Below are positions 1 to 12,670 of a stretch of 64,000 nucleotides of DNA, piece by piece. Position numbers and translations under genes: made by a program. Source of the DNA: Octopus sinensis (Eukaryota); NCBI RefSeq assembly GCF_006345805.1, contig NC_043018.1, positions 10,168,001-10,232,000 on the forward strand, written 5' to 3'. The notes under the pieces were generated by a model. That model saw only the letters and a list, made by a program, of their open reading frames with translations, was not told the origin of the DNA and ran no database searches. Position 1 is the stretch's first letter, and the number at the start of each line of letters is the position of its first letter.

Positions 1-270
1 ATCTTAGGGGCTATAGTGAAATAATACTCTAGTGGATAGATTCCAAATGTAGGGTCTATAATTATTGGGGTTCTAGTGAGCAGACCCCAATCTTAGGGGC
101 TATAGTGAAATAATACTCTAGTGGATAGATCCCAAATGTAGGGTCTATAATTATTGGGGTTCTAGTGAACAGACCCCAATCATAGGGGGTCACAGTGGAA
201 TATTTTAGTAAAGAGACTCCAAGTATAAAGACTAAAATGAAATATTCTGTTGACCAGACTCTAGCCATAA
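1..270. repeat. 89-bp tandem repeat (2 near-identical copies plus degenerate ones), cut by the window edge
   Basis: atcttagggg recurs at 1 and 90, and as atcatagggg at 179. Confidence 0.85.
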
Positions 271-959
271 GGATTGTAATGAATTAATCTAGTGAACAAA
301 CCCTAATCAAAGGGGTCACAGTAAAATATTTTAGTGAAAAAAAGGGCTACAATGAAATATTCCAATGAACAAATTTCAGTGATATATTAGATGAATATAT
401 TGCAGTTATAAAGGTTAATGTCATAACTTTAGTAAAGAGGTCTCTGTATAACAACAAATGAGATTATTTGCTTCAGTACATTTATATAAATGCAACACCA
501 ACAGAATGAATTTGAGATTAAATTTCTTAATAGAATATTAATTTGATCATCCAACTTAACATGGATGAGTTAAGAATGGTGTAGACACTAATAATCATTC
601 TGAGAAATCATCTTGGATAGACGCTAAGTGCTAAAAAAGCACAGATTATAGTGGTTGAAGAAATTTTGTCAGAACTGGCAGATGGAACTGTTGTATCACA
701 TGATTTCAGTATAAATTATGCATCCTCAGCAGCAGACACTCAAACACTCAATGCTAGATTGAAAATCCATCAAACTGATATAGTTTAACACTGGCTAATC
801 TTCTATGATTTGTTTGATTGCTTTATGGGTTAGACAAATAACAAATATACGTTACTGAAGCATTGTTTTATATCCAAATGCCCTTCCTCTCACTAACCCT
901 TACCTGTTTTTCAAGTAACGAGTCTCTTATTTCCATACATTTTCAAAAGTACAAAGCCA

Positions 960-1450
960 GTGAATGCTTTGAAGGCAGAGGTAAACTGTAAAGGCCTTCT
1001 TTGGTCATGAATGACCATGGGATTGCACCTAGAAAGTTCTCCTCTGAAGCACAAGACCAGGCAAGATTGTTTATGGAAGGCCAGCAGTCGCCCATGCATA
1101 CCAGCCTCCCCTCTACATGCCACCGGTGTTATCCAAGGGAGAGGCAAAGGCCAATCCAGTTTGACACTAGGGACATCGCAATTCATTTCTACAGCTGAGT
1201 GAACTGGACCAACATGAAATAAAGTGTCTTGCTCAAGAACACAACACAGCTTGATCCAGGGATTGAACTCACAAAGACCTCCTTTGGTCATGAATGACCA
1301 TGAGATTGCACCTAGAAAGTTCCCCGCTGAGGTATAAGTCCAGGCAAGTTTGTTTTATGGGAGACCAGTAGTCACCCATGCATACCAGCCTCTCCTCTCT
1401 GCACCATTGATTTTATCCAAGGGAAGAGCAACATGAAATGAAGTGTCATG
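960..1450 (-). mobile_element. Two adjacent copies of a tRNA-headed SINE (family D here)
   Basis: Same body as the + copy at 47600-47925 and the - copy at 34490-34822. Confidence 0.7.
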
Positions 1451-1584
1451 CTCATGCATACATACATGCATAAAAGAAAATACCTACATGCATAAAGCGC
1501 AACATGCAAATCTGCACATGCACTGACTCCAAATACTGCACATACACATACATGGAAAAATACTATTGAGGAATCTACAGCTAC

Positions 1585-2037
1585 AGATTACAAGTCTAGG
1601 TTTATACCTGTAATTATTGGGGTACTGGGATATGTAACACACTGCTTAAATACCAATCTTGAGAAATTAGGCTTCTCAAGACCAGAAAGGAGAAAGCTAA
1701 TTTGAAGACTACAGATCCAAGCCGTCACAGGAATGGTAAAAATCTGTAAAACTTTCCAGAAATTTAGTATTTAAGTATATATGAGCATGTCTGGATATGC
1801 AAGTATGTGCATGAGAAGGCATAAAACAAAGCATACAAATCTGCATGTATACATATATACGTACAAAAATACCTTGTTGTTGATATTGGAATTCCAATGA
1901 AGGATCCTTGGATCTAGGTTAGAAACCAGTTCTTCTTCTGTTGGCAAGAAATTTTGAAATAAAACTGAATAATGACATACATACAGACACACATACATAC
2001 ATATATGCATGCATACATACATACATACATACATACA

Positions 2038-2069
<32 letters not shown>

Positions 2070-2335
2070 CACATACATACATAAAAGAAAACATCTACAT
2101 TGAACTATTGAGGAATCTACAGCTACTCTGCTCTATCCAGATTACAAGTCTAGGTTTATACCTGTAATTATTGGGGTACTGGGATATATAACACACTGCT
2201 TAAATACCAATCTTGAGAAATTAGGCTTCTGAAAACTAGAAAAGAGAAAGCTAGTTCAAAGACTACGGATTCAAGCCATCACTGGAAGTGCAAAAATTTG
2301 TAAGAAAGTTTCCAGAAGTTTATCATTTCAGTAGG
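1585..2335 (+). mobile_element. Two tandem 3' fragments of an RLE-type (R4/Dong-like) LINE inside a diverged ~550-bp duplication
   Basis: Translates as YKSRFIPVIIGVLGYVTHCLNTNLEKLG...KICKTFQKF*, like the C-terminus of restriction-like endonuclease LINEs. Copies at about 1585-1770 and 2138-2335. Confidence 0.65.
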
Positions 2336-2726
2336 TAAGCGCATGTCTAGACATGCAACTAACTATATGCATGAGAATGCATGCGTAAAATGCAACATGC
2401 AAATCTGCACATGCACTGACTCCAAATACTGCACATACACATACATGGAAAAATACCATTGTTGTTGAAATTCCAATGAAGGAGCCTTGGGTCTAGGCTG
2501 GAAACTGGTTCGTTCTCTATTGGTAAGAAATCTTGAGATAAAACTGGATAATGGCAGACATACGACAGGATTCTTTCAGTTTCTGTTTACCAAATTTCCC
2601 CAGAAAGCTTCGGCCAATCTGGGCTTTAAGCAGAAGACATTTGCCCAGTTTGCCACACAATGAGACTGGACCAAAAATCTTATGGTCAGAAAGCAAACTT
2701 TCTCGATCTCACAGCCAGCCATGCCA

Positions 2727-3345
2727 GTCATAGGAATTGTGACAGAAAAGATATGTGAAACCAGTCATAGGGATTCTGATGGCAAAGATATGGGAAACCA
2801 GTCATAGAGAGTCTGACTGAAAAGATATGGGAAACCAGTCATAGGGATTCTGATGGCAAAGATATGGGAAACCAGTCATAGGGATTCTGATGGCAAAGAT
2901 ATGGGAAACCAGTCATAGGGATTCTGATGGCAAAAATATGGGAAATCAGTCATAGGGATTCTGATGGCAAAGATATGGGAAACCAGTCATAGGGATTCTG
3001 ATGGCAAAGATATGGGAAACCAGTCATAGGGATTCTGATGGCAAAGATATGGGAAACCAATCATAGGGATTCTGATGGCAAAGATATGGGAAACCAGTCA
3101 TAGGGATTCTGATGGCAAAGATATGGGAAACCAGTCATAGGGATTCTGATGGCAAAGATATGGGAAACCAGTCATAGGGATTCTGATGGCAAAGATATGG
3201 GAAACCAGTCATAGGGATTCTGATGGCAAAGATATGGGAAACCAGTCATAGGGATTCTGATGGTAAAAATATGGGAAATCAGTCACAGAGATTCTAATAG
3301 AAAAGTTATGTGAAACCAGTCATAGGGATTCTGACAGTAAGGAAA
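2727..3345. repeat. 37-bp minisatellite, about 16 copies
   Basis: Unit ccagtcatagggattctgatggcaaagatatgggaaa at 2761, 2798, 2835 and onward. Confidence 0.95.
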
Positions 3346-3460
3346 TGTGAATCCAGCATAACTGCTGACATTGTGCATGGGTAAAAACTGTCTTCTATAA
3401 AATTGTTTGACTCTTGCTCTAGAAACCAATTTCACAATACTTTTTGTCCATGAAAGTTTT

Positions 3461-3478
3461 TTTATTTTCAGATTTATT
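3461..3478 (-). promoter_or_regulatory. Two AATAAA poly(A) signal hexamers just after the stop codon
   Basis: tttatt on the + strand at 3461-3466 and 3473-3478. The region is AT-rich, so chance occurrence is possible. Confidence 0.4.
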
Positions 3479-3483
3479 GTCTA

Positions 3484-3523
3484 TTATAAAACTTCTTTCT
3501 TGAGTTTCTTCTTGTTGCTGGCA
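3484..3523 (-). CDS. Terminal exon 14 (T+ASNKKKLKKEVL*), stop TAA followed by TAG
   Basis: Acceptor ttcttatgtctttcag|. Phase-2 join gives ...MSDFASNKKKLKKEVL*. Confidence 0.8.
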
Positions 3524-4140
3524 CTGAAAGACATAAGAATATGCAAATGTAAATGACAGTGAAGCTGTGAGTACGAATGAAGGGGTTTGCAAGAGAAATA
3601 AAGTTTGTAAATATATAGGTGTTGTACAGTTACTAGGTGCTGTGACTAAAATTATGGTACAATAAGAAAGATGATAATGATGATGAGGAGGAGGAGGATG
3701 AAGAGGAGGAGGAGGATGAAGAGGAGGAGGAGGAGGAGGAGGAGGATCATCATCATCATCATTTAATGTCTGTTTTCCGTGCTGGGATGGGTTGAATGGT
3801 TTAGCAGGAACTGGCCAGCCAAGGAGCAGTTGAGACATCAATTGTCTGTAGTGGCATGGTTTCTATGGCTGGATGCCCTTCCTGATGCCAACCACTTTAC
3901 ACAGTTCTTGCTGGGTGTTTTTGCATGCCACCAGTATCGGCACCAGTGCCCTTTATGTGCCACCAACACATGTAAAGGACAAGCCTGTATGTATGGATGA
4001 CAGCAATTCTACTTAGTTTGGCACATCTTCTTGAATACAGTAAATTGCCAAAACAGACATTGGAGCCCAATGCAGGCCCTGGACACATTGGATTTTGTCA
4101 AAACTGTCCAAACCGATGCCAGCATGGAATATGGATGCTA

Positions 4141-4205
4141 AAGGATGATGATGATGATGATGGGGATGGTGATGACGGTGATGATGATGGGGATAGTGAT
4201 GACAG

Positions 4206-4237
<32 letters not shown>

Positions 4238-4285
4238 GGGATGGTGATGACGGTGATGATGATGGGGATGGTGATGACAGTGATG

Positions 4286-4317
<32 letters not shown>

Positions 4318-4325
4318 GGTGATGG

Positions 4326-4360
<35 letters not shown>

Positions 4361-4681
4361 TTGGTGAGGATTATGATGAGGATGGTGATGATGACAAGGA
4401 GAAGGATGGTGATGATGATGATGATGAAGATGATGATGATGGGAATGGTGATGATGATGATGATGATGGGGATGATGATAATGATGATGATGGGAATGGT
4501 GATGATGATGATGATGGTGATGATGGTGATGACGGTGATGATGGTGATGATGATTCAAGCAAATTTTTAATTTACCGACAACAACACAACAACAATGACA
4601 GCAGGGACAGCAGCAACAACAACAATAACAACACAACAAGAACACTAGCCAAAGCAACGGTAATAAGAAGAAGTAGAAGAA

Positions 4682-4713
<32 letters not shown>

Positions 4714-4744
4714 AGAAGAAGAGGAAGAAGAAGAAGAAAAAGAA

Positions 4745-4812
<68 letters not shown>

Positions 4813-4816
4813 GCAG

Positions 4817-4850
<34 letters not shown>

Positions 4851-4860
4851 AACAACAATA
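4141..4860. repeat. Compound triplet microsatellite: (GAT/GGT)n, then (CAA)n, (AAG)n and (CAA)n, in the last intron
   Basis: Direct reading. Source of the poly-D, poly-R and poly-H ORFs in the track. Confidence 0.95.
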
Positions 4861-4889
4861 ATATTTAAAGATGGCCACTGGCTACTTAC

Positions 4890-5050
4890 AAATCTGACAT
4901 CACTGGCCAATTTACATAGTAGGAGAAAATGAAAGGTTCTGTTAATTCATGAATGATGCGGAGTTCATTAAGAAGTCTCATTTGGTCTGCAACCCAATTA
5001 AATTTTCTTCTAATTTCATCAGAAGGTATTGCAGGAATCTTCTTCTTCTC
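4890..5050 (-). CDS. Exon 13 (EKKKIPAIPSDEIRRKFNWVADQMRLLNELRIIHELTEPFIFSYYVNWPVMSD+TT), 161 nt, phase 0 to 2; the only globular-looking segment
   Basis: Acceptor catcactctttcag|, donor TTT|gtaagt. Lies inside track ORF 4886-5074. Confidence 0.92.
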
Positions 5051-5254
5051 CTGAAAGAGTGATGAACGCACCAATTAGCAGACAGTCATGTCCCGGATAC
5101 AAGTATCATAAATAAACTGATAGCCATCATTTACAAACAAATTTGACTTGGTTAACATGTGCCATGCCTTCACACATTGTTTTAGGTGCCTGCATAATCG
5201 CTAGCAGACATAAACACCCTCTCGACCCAGTAGAGCATCCAGGTTGAGACATCT

Positions 5255-5880
5255 GCACCAGAGAGGGCTGCACCAGAGAGGCCTGCACCAGAGAGGGCTG
5301 CACCAAAGAGGGCTGCACCAGAGGGCTGCACCAGAGAGGGCTGTACAAGAGAGGGCCGCACCAGAGAGGGCCGCACCAGAGAGGGCTGCACCAGAGAGAG
5401 AGCTGTACAAAAGAGGGCTGCACCAGAGAGGGCTGCACCAAAGAGGGCTGTACAAGAGAGGGCTGCACCAAAGAGGGCTGTACAAAAGAGGGCTGCACCA
5501 GAGAGGGCTGTACAAAAGAGGGCTGCACCAGAGAGGGCTGCACCAGAGAGGGCTGCACCAAAGAGGGCTGTACCAAAGAGGGCTGTACCAGAGAGGGCTG
5601 CACCAGAGAGGGCTGTACCAGAGAGGGCTGCACCAGAGAGGGCTGTACCAAAGGGGTGTACAAGAGAGAGCTGCACCAGTGAGGGCTGCAGCAGAGAGGG
5701 CTGTACCAAAGAGGGCTGCACCAGAGAGGGCTGTACCAAAGGGCTGTACAAGAGAGAGCTGCACCAGAGAGGGCTGCACTAGAGAGGGCTGCACCAGCGA
5801 GGGCTGTACAAGAGAGGGCTGCACTAGAGAGGGCTGTACAAGAAAGAGCTGCACCAAAGAGTGTTGCACCAGAGAGGGCA
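5255..5880. repeat. 15-bp GC-rich minisatellite (gctgcaccagagagg), about 40 copies
   Basis: Direct reading. Gives SLVQP, PLWCS and GLHQR repeat ORFs. Confidence 0.95.
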
Positions 5881-7224
5881 GCTGGTATTCACTTTTTGAT
5901 TGAGGAAACTGGTGCAAGGTGACATGAAGTGCCAGGTTCAAGGACACATTTTGCTGCTCAGTCCAGGAATTGAACCTGCGACTGTATATTTGTAAGTTCA
6001 TCATCATAACCACAAGGCCATATGTCTTCATGAGCACTAACGTACTTGATGCAATGAACTTAGAAACTATAATTAATTTATATTACACATTTGGTGATGA
6101 GAAGATTAATTATTATCTAAATGATCAATTTGAGTAAAAAAACCAAACAAACACTCGATTAAATCATTTAAATCTAGCAAATGACACTTGGTACATTCTG
6201 TAAATTCTTTGGTATTAGAAATAGCATAAGGGCATTCGGTTGTAGAAACTGTCCCAAAGCAGATATTAGAGCCTGACCCAGTTCTTTGGTTTGCCAGTTC
6301 CAGTTGAATCAGCCAACCCATGCCAGCATGGAAAACATGTTAAATGATGATTATAATTACGATGATGATGATGATATATAGAATTTAACGAGGAGGTTTG
6401 ATTTTTAATAGTATGGTGATAACTTTGGACATTTTTCAGTCTTATTATACCTCATTAGCAAAGTCTGACCATTACTACCCATCTCAGAAGGGTTAACATT
6501 AACCATAGGAAGGTGAACAGGGCAGCAGTTCATGACATAGAGAATCAAAACATGAGACCTGACTCATACTTAGACCACACAAAGACCACACTGAGACCAT
6601 TTTTTCAGATTAAAATCACTCAAATTATATCTTAGACCAATTCTTAAGACACTTCATTAGACCATAAATCTTCTTGCACCTTTAGTTAAATCCTAAATAT
6701 CATAATTCTGAGAAACTAAGTATAACCTCTACATTTATCTAATCTGCTTCTTGCATCTCTCTCCATGGGAAAATCTTATCCACAGCTTCATATGTCATCT
6801 ACCTATCCTGTTGAGGTACCCTAAAACCAATGTTAGGGTACCACATCATGTCCCTATATTCACACTTATGCCTCACTGCTATTGAAGTACCACAGCTTCA
6901 GGCTCTATCCCCCACCCTGTTAGAGTACCTAATTCTGACTGCATTTTCATCTACCTCCCCGATCTGTTAAGTGTTAAACAATTTCAGACTCCAACCAATC
7001 ACCAAAACAGGTAAAGTACCTAGTTCTGGCCACCTTGTCACCTGCTCTACCTACCCTACTCTATTAAGTTTTAAATGCATCTTCAGACTCCACTCCCACC
7101 ACCCTGTTAAAGTACCCAGTTCTGGCCACATCTTCAGACTCCTGTTGAAGTACCCAGTTCTGGCCACATCTTCACCCATCATTTCCTCTAGCTATTGTAT
7201 TTTCCATCTTTACTCTCATTCGAC

Positions 7225-7730
7225 GTAGTAGCTGTGAGCAGCAAGAGGCCTTGTGGAAGGCCCTACATCAGATGGCTGGATGCAATTAGGGAAGATCTTC
7301 ACAGGCTCAACATCACCTTGGAGGATGCAGAGGAGCTGGCATGGGTCCGCCAGCGATAGGGAGCATTGGTGGACCAGGTTAGCTCTACACATGATGATAT
7401 CTCTGGGACTACACACCTGGGATGACCCCAGCTCCATCAAGAAACAGCATGAAGCAAGCAAGCAGTGGGAGTTGACACTGGACCACCAGCGATGGGGAGC
7501 ATTGGTGGACCAGGTCAGCTCTACACATGATGATATCTCTGGGACTACACACCTGGGATGACCCCAGCTCCATCAAGAAACAGCATGAAGCAAGCAAGCA
7601 GTGGGAGTTGACACTGGACCACCAGCGATGGGGAGCATTGGTGGACCAGGTCAGCTCTACACATGATGATATCTCTGGGACTACTAACCTGGGATGAACC
7701 CAGCTCCATCAAGCAACAGCATAAAAGAGG
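7225..7730 (+). mobile_element. 3' end of an RTE-like LINE with a 136-bp tandem triplication
   Basis: KRPCGRPYIRWLDAIREDL motif. Identical track ORFs are offset by 136 bp. Related copy at about 42160-42620. Confidence 0.75.
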
Positions 7731-8128
7731 GATTTTTCAGACCAAAATTTTACAGCCAAGATAGGTGGTTCGACTTGTACATCAAGACAACTTTAGAGGA
7801 CCAAAAATTCCATATGAATTGCAACAGGATTTGGAAAGATAGTGACACTGTTTGAATGTTTACACAGCATGATTACACTAAGTACTACATCAAACTGTAT
7901 GTTGGGAAATATGATATTAAGTTTTAAACACATCTTCAGGCTCTGTCCCCACCATCCAGTTAAAGTACCCAGTTCTGAGTACATCTCATCTTTCCCCACA
8001 CCCCTTCCCAACACCACTGATCTCATGTTACTCTACATTACCCTTCGATTCCTTACAAAGGCACCAATGCCTGTCCCCAGTTTTGCCCTTCCCTGAGACC
8101 TTGCTCTTACCCCTGGTGAAATACTTAC

Positions 8129-8267
8129 AATTTTAGATCTTGGTTTTCCAACCATTCTCTTGGCATGTTTTCTGGCTTTCACTTTCTTCGGTAAAACTTT
8201 TGCTTTCTCCACCACCTTCAACTTCACTTGCTTGTCCACAGGTTTGACCACTGGTTTTGGGGTCACT
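8129..8267 (-). CDS. Exon 12 (A+VTPKPVVKPVDKQVKLKVVEKAKVLPKKVKARKHAKRMVGKPRSKI), 139 nt, phase 2 to 0
   Basis: Acceptor attttctttgcag|, donor ATT|gtaagt. Lies inside track ORF 8033-8266. Confidence 0.9.
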
Positions 8268-8446
8268 CTGCAAAGAAAATTACTTCTTTCTGGCAGATTT
8301 ATCTGTTGACCTCAGGTTGAGTTGACATGGTTGTCATGTAATACTTAGAACCACATTGACTCACAACCTTACACAGGTCAACAATGTAGTAACTTAGTGA
8401 CTAGTGTAGTATGTGGTCAGTATAAACATTTAATTTACATATAAAG

Positions 8447-9333
8447 TATGAGGTGGTACTAAAAAATTTCTGGATTAGTTCTGTAGTGCACCAACAGATG
8501 GCAGCACATGGTTGTGTACAGTGAGGGCTAGCAGTGACCTTCATAAGGCAGCATATTGAGGGAAATCACTGAGTGTATTTCACAAGTTGAGAAATTCGTG
8601 TTTTTGTGATCATGTGTTTGCCAAAGTCTGCAATTTTGTCATTGACAGGAACAAAGAGCCGACGAGGAATTTTGTGTTAAACTTGGAAAGTCTGCTACTG
8701 AGACATTGAGCATTCTTTGGCAAGCAGTGAGGTAATGGGTTGTACACAAAGCTTTGAGTGGCACGAGTGCTTCAAAAGGGGAACAACATCACTGGAATAT
8801 AATGAGTGATCTGGCACATCTGCCAGAAGTGTCACCCGTGGAAATATGGCCTTGTGCATCAAGAATTTGTTTCCCAGGGCCAGACCATCAATTGAGAGTT
8901 CTGCTACTATGTTTTGAAGAGTCTGAGAAAGGACATTTGGTAAAAGCGATCAGGTCTGTGCAGCACAAAGACTTGGGTTCTTCACGAAGCTCTCCTCATT
9001 TGTGACTTTCTTGCCAAAAGCAACATGGTATTGCTTCTGCACATGCCTTATTTGCCATGTTTAGCACAGGGGACTTCCATCTCTTCCTCAAGATGAAAAG
9101 GCAGCTCAAAGGTCGCCATTTTAACACCGTTGTTGCGATTTAGAGCGAATTGCAGGAGGTCCTCGACCCATCTTTGGAAAGCGACTTCCAGGCTGGATTC
9201 GAAAAGTGGCAGGAACACTGGTGTATTGCTGTGCAAGGTGACTATTTTGAAGGAGATTAGGATAAAATTTAGGTAAATAATTAATTTTTTATTAAATATA
9301 ACTTGTCTGGGAACCTTTTGATTCCACCTTGTA
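8447..9333 (+). mobile_element. Decayed mariner element
   Basis: Imperfect TIRs tatgaggtggtactaaaaaatttc / ggaaccttttgattccaccttgta with TA ends. Remnant PYLPCLAQGDFHLFLKMKRQLKGRHF matches the YSPDLAP region. Confidence 0.75.
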
Positions 9334-9723
9334 AACGTCTAGAGCCAACATATGCATATAGAGTTATCATAGAGTCAGCATATACATGCATCATCAACAA
9401 ATGAATAAACGGACAGCATATAATATACACATGTCTTCAATGCAGAGTCAACAAAACTTATATACATACAATCAATATTTAATTAATATATTAGGCAGTG
9501 AGCTGGCAGAGTCGTTAGCATGCTGGGCTAAATGCTTTGTGGAATTTTGTCTGTTTTTGCGTTCTGGGTTCAAATGCTGTTGGGGTGGGCTTTGCTTTTC
9601 ATCCTTTCAGGGTTAATAAAATAAGTACCAGTTGAGTACTGGGGTTGCTGGCCTTGTGCAGTATATAGTTAACTAAAGCATTTACAATCAATACAATCAA
9701 CGTACAGTTAACATACAATAACC

Positions 9724-10510
9724 ATATACACATCATCATCATCATCATCATCATTTAACGTCCGCTTTCCATGCTAGCATGGGTTGGACGGTTCAACTGG
9801 GGTCTGGGGAGCCCGAAGGCTGCACCAGGCCAGTCAGATCTGGCAGTGTTTCTACAGCTGGATGCCCTTCCTAATGCCAACCACTCCGAGAATGTAGTGG
9901 GTGATTTTATGTGCCACCGACACAGGTGCCAGACGAGGCTGGCGAACGGCCACGCTCGGATGGTGTTTTTTATGTGCCACCGACACAGGTGCCAGACGAG
10001 GCTGGCAGACGGCCACGCTCGGATGGTGTTTTTATGTGCCACCGACACAGGTGCCAGATGAGGCTGGCGAACGGCCACGATCGGATGGTGTTTGTTACGT
10101 GCCCACAGCACGGAGGCCAGTCGGTGCGGTACTGGCTACGGCCACGTTCGGATGGATTTCTTGTGTGCCACCGGCACTGGTACCACAAAGATACAAATTC
10201 CATTGATGTTCATCTATTTTGATTTTTTGATTTTCACTTGCCTCAACAGGTCTTCACAAGTGTCACAAGAAGGAAGGTATGCACAGGTGGACTGACTACG
10301 TCCCAGGTAGGGGCTACGGGTTATGGCCTGACTAGTCTTGCCGGGTCTTCGGATGGTGTTTTTATGTGCCACCGACACAGGTGCCAGACGAGGCTGGCAG
10401 ACGACCACGCTCGGATGGTGTTTTTATGTGCCACCGACACAAGTGCCAGATGAGGCTGGCGAACGGCCACGATCGGATGGTGTTTGTTACGTGCCCACAG
10501 CACGGAGGCC
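9724..10510 (-). mobile_element. Family B element: 3' UTR of an RTE LINE with an internal ~61-bp VNTR and a (GAT)n tail
   Basis: Shares blocks with the RTE at 40600-41110. Other copies near 3760, 6230, 16235, 21885, 24765, 27270, 29975, 33590, 35270, 41430, 45900, 46540, 47200, 56950 and 63480. Confidence 0.8.
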
Positions 10511-11269
10511 AAGCCAACAAATACAACCTATTTCTTTACTTCCCACAAGGGGCCAAACACAGAGAGGACAAACAAGGACAGACACATGGATTAAGTCGAT
10601 TATATCAACAAGGACAGACACATGGATTAAATCGATTATAATCGACCCCGAAAGGATGAAAGGCTAAGTCGACCTCGGCGGAATTTGAACTCAGAACGTA
10701 ACAGCAGACGAAATACGGCTATGCATTTCGCCTGGCATGCTAATGATTCTGCCAGCTCACCACCTTCAAATACAACCATTATATATGTACACATATAATC
10801 AACACACACACACACATATAACCAATGAATATATATACAATCAATATATAGTTGTCAAAGAGGATAACAAACATTAAGGCAAGGCAAACATCTCAAGTCG
10901 TACAGATTATTATTATTGGGAAAAAATTCGAAGTCTTACAGCTGTTTCTGGGATATCCCTGAGTATGGGGCATTCTGCCATCAGAGACAAATAGTGATAT
11001 CTCAGAAACAGCTGTAAGGCCCTGAATTTCTTCCAATAATAATAATTTATATGACTTGAGATGTTTGCCTTACCTTAACGTTTGTTGTCCCCTTTAACAA
11101 TCATATATATCCGCTGCATTGGAAATTTACAATGGCTCCATAACTACCATCTCGGTTATAACCTTGGAGCCCTAGTAATCCGTTACAGCACTTATCTAGC
11201 GTACCTGATCATTTAAATCACCTGAGAACTAAACCCCCATACTTTGTATACAATCAATATATATATATT

Positions 11270-11675
11270 GGCGCAGGAGTGGCTGTGTGGTAAGTAGCTT
11301 GCTTACCAACCACATGGTTCCGGGTTCAGTACCACTGCGTGGCACCTTGGGCAAGTGTCTTCTACTATAGCCTCGGGCCGACAAAAGCCTTGTGAGTGGA
11401 TTTGGTAGACGGAAACTGAAAGAAGCCCGTTGTATATATGTATATATATGTGTGTGTGTGCGTGTATGTTTGTGTGTCTGTGTTTGTCCCCCTAGCATTG
11501 CTTGACAACCAATGCTGGTTTGTTTATGTCCCCGTCACTTAGCGGTTCGGCAAAAAGAGACCAATAGAATAAGTACTGGGCTTACAAAGAATAAGTCCCG
11601 GGGTCGAGTTGCTCGACTAAAGGTGGTGCTCCAGCATGGCCGCAGTCAAATGACTGAAACAACTAAAAGAGTAAA

Positions 11676-11678
<3 letters not shown>
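11270..11678 (+). mobile_element. Full-length tRNA-derived SINE (family A) with an internal TA/TG microsatellite
   Basis: A-box-like tggctgtgtgg and B-box-like ggttcag. Other copies near 12015, 15955, 18870, 21060, 26570, 26860, 38608, 45650, 50390, 59149 and 62299. Confidence 0.85.
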
Positions 11679-11711
<33 letters not shown>

Positions 11712-12602
11712 TGTTGTGAGTTGGCAGAAATGTTATCATGCCAGGTGAAATGCACAGTGGTATTTCATCAGTCATCATGCTCTGAGCTCAAAATTCTGCT
11801 AAAGTCCACTTCGCCTTTTATTCTTTCGGGGTCAATAAAATATATACCAGATGAGCACTGAGGGGTTCAATGTAATTGACTTACACCCTCTCTCAAAATT
11901 GCTGGCCTTGTGCCAAAATTTGAAGTGAATATCTATATACACATACAGTCAACATATACAGACACAATCAACATACGCATGTTGTCAATATGTACATATT
12001 TTTTTAATGTTTTTTTTTTTACTTGTTTCAGTAATTAGACTGTGGCCATGCTGGAGCACAACCTTGAAGAATTTTAGTAGAACAACTTGACCCCAGTGTT
12101 TACTTTTTCAAGCCTGGTACTTATTCTATCAGTCTCTTTTATTGAACCGTTAAGTTATAGGGACATAAACCCATCAACACTGGTTGTCAAGCAATGGTGG
12201 GAGATAAACACAGAGAAAGGCTTTGGTCGGCTCAAGGCTATAATAGAAAACACTTGCCCAAGGTGCCACACAGTGGGATTGAATCCAGAACCATGTGGTT
12301 GGTAGACACACATCTTACCACACAGCCACACCTGTGACTATATATAATCAACATATACATACTCGATCAACATATATGGCGATGCCCCAGCATGGCCACA
12401 GCTCGTGAGCTGAAACTAGATAAAATAAAATAGCATGGCCGCAGCCTTCGAGCTGAAACATTTTAAAGGATTTAAGGATATACACAGCAACCATGTATAG
12501 TCAGCACATGTAGCCAACATGTCCCGTCGCCATGTACAGTTTCTGAGCGTTATCAAAATAAGACAGGTTTTAGTAAGCATCTTTAAAAGAAAATTTTCTT
12601 AC

Positions 12603-12670
12603 TCTGGTTCCACCTTGGGAGGAACTTCATAAGATTCTTCAACTGTTTCTTTCAAAGCTTCATATTCTTC
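12603..12670 (-). CDS. Exon 11 (EEYEALKETVEESYEVPPKVEP+GA), 68 nt, phase 0 to 2
   Basis: Acceptor ttttatttatttgtag|, donor AGA|gtaaga. The phase-2 end fits exon 12. Confidence 0.9.

Noticed and set aside
2727-3345. CRISPR-like appearance of the 37-bp array (and the ~61-bp family B units)
   Set aside because: Units are contiguous with no unique spacers, there are no cas genes, and the context is eukaryotic.
3997-4932. 311-aa poly-D/poly-R ORF and overlapping poly-H, poly-M and poly-S ORFs
   Set aside because: They are translations of triplet microsatellites in the last intron, with no complex sequence or splice support.
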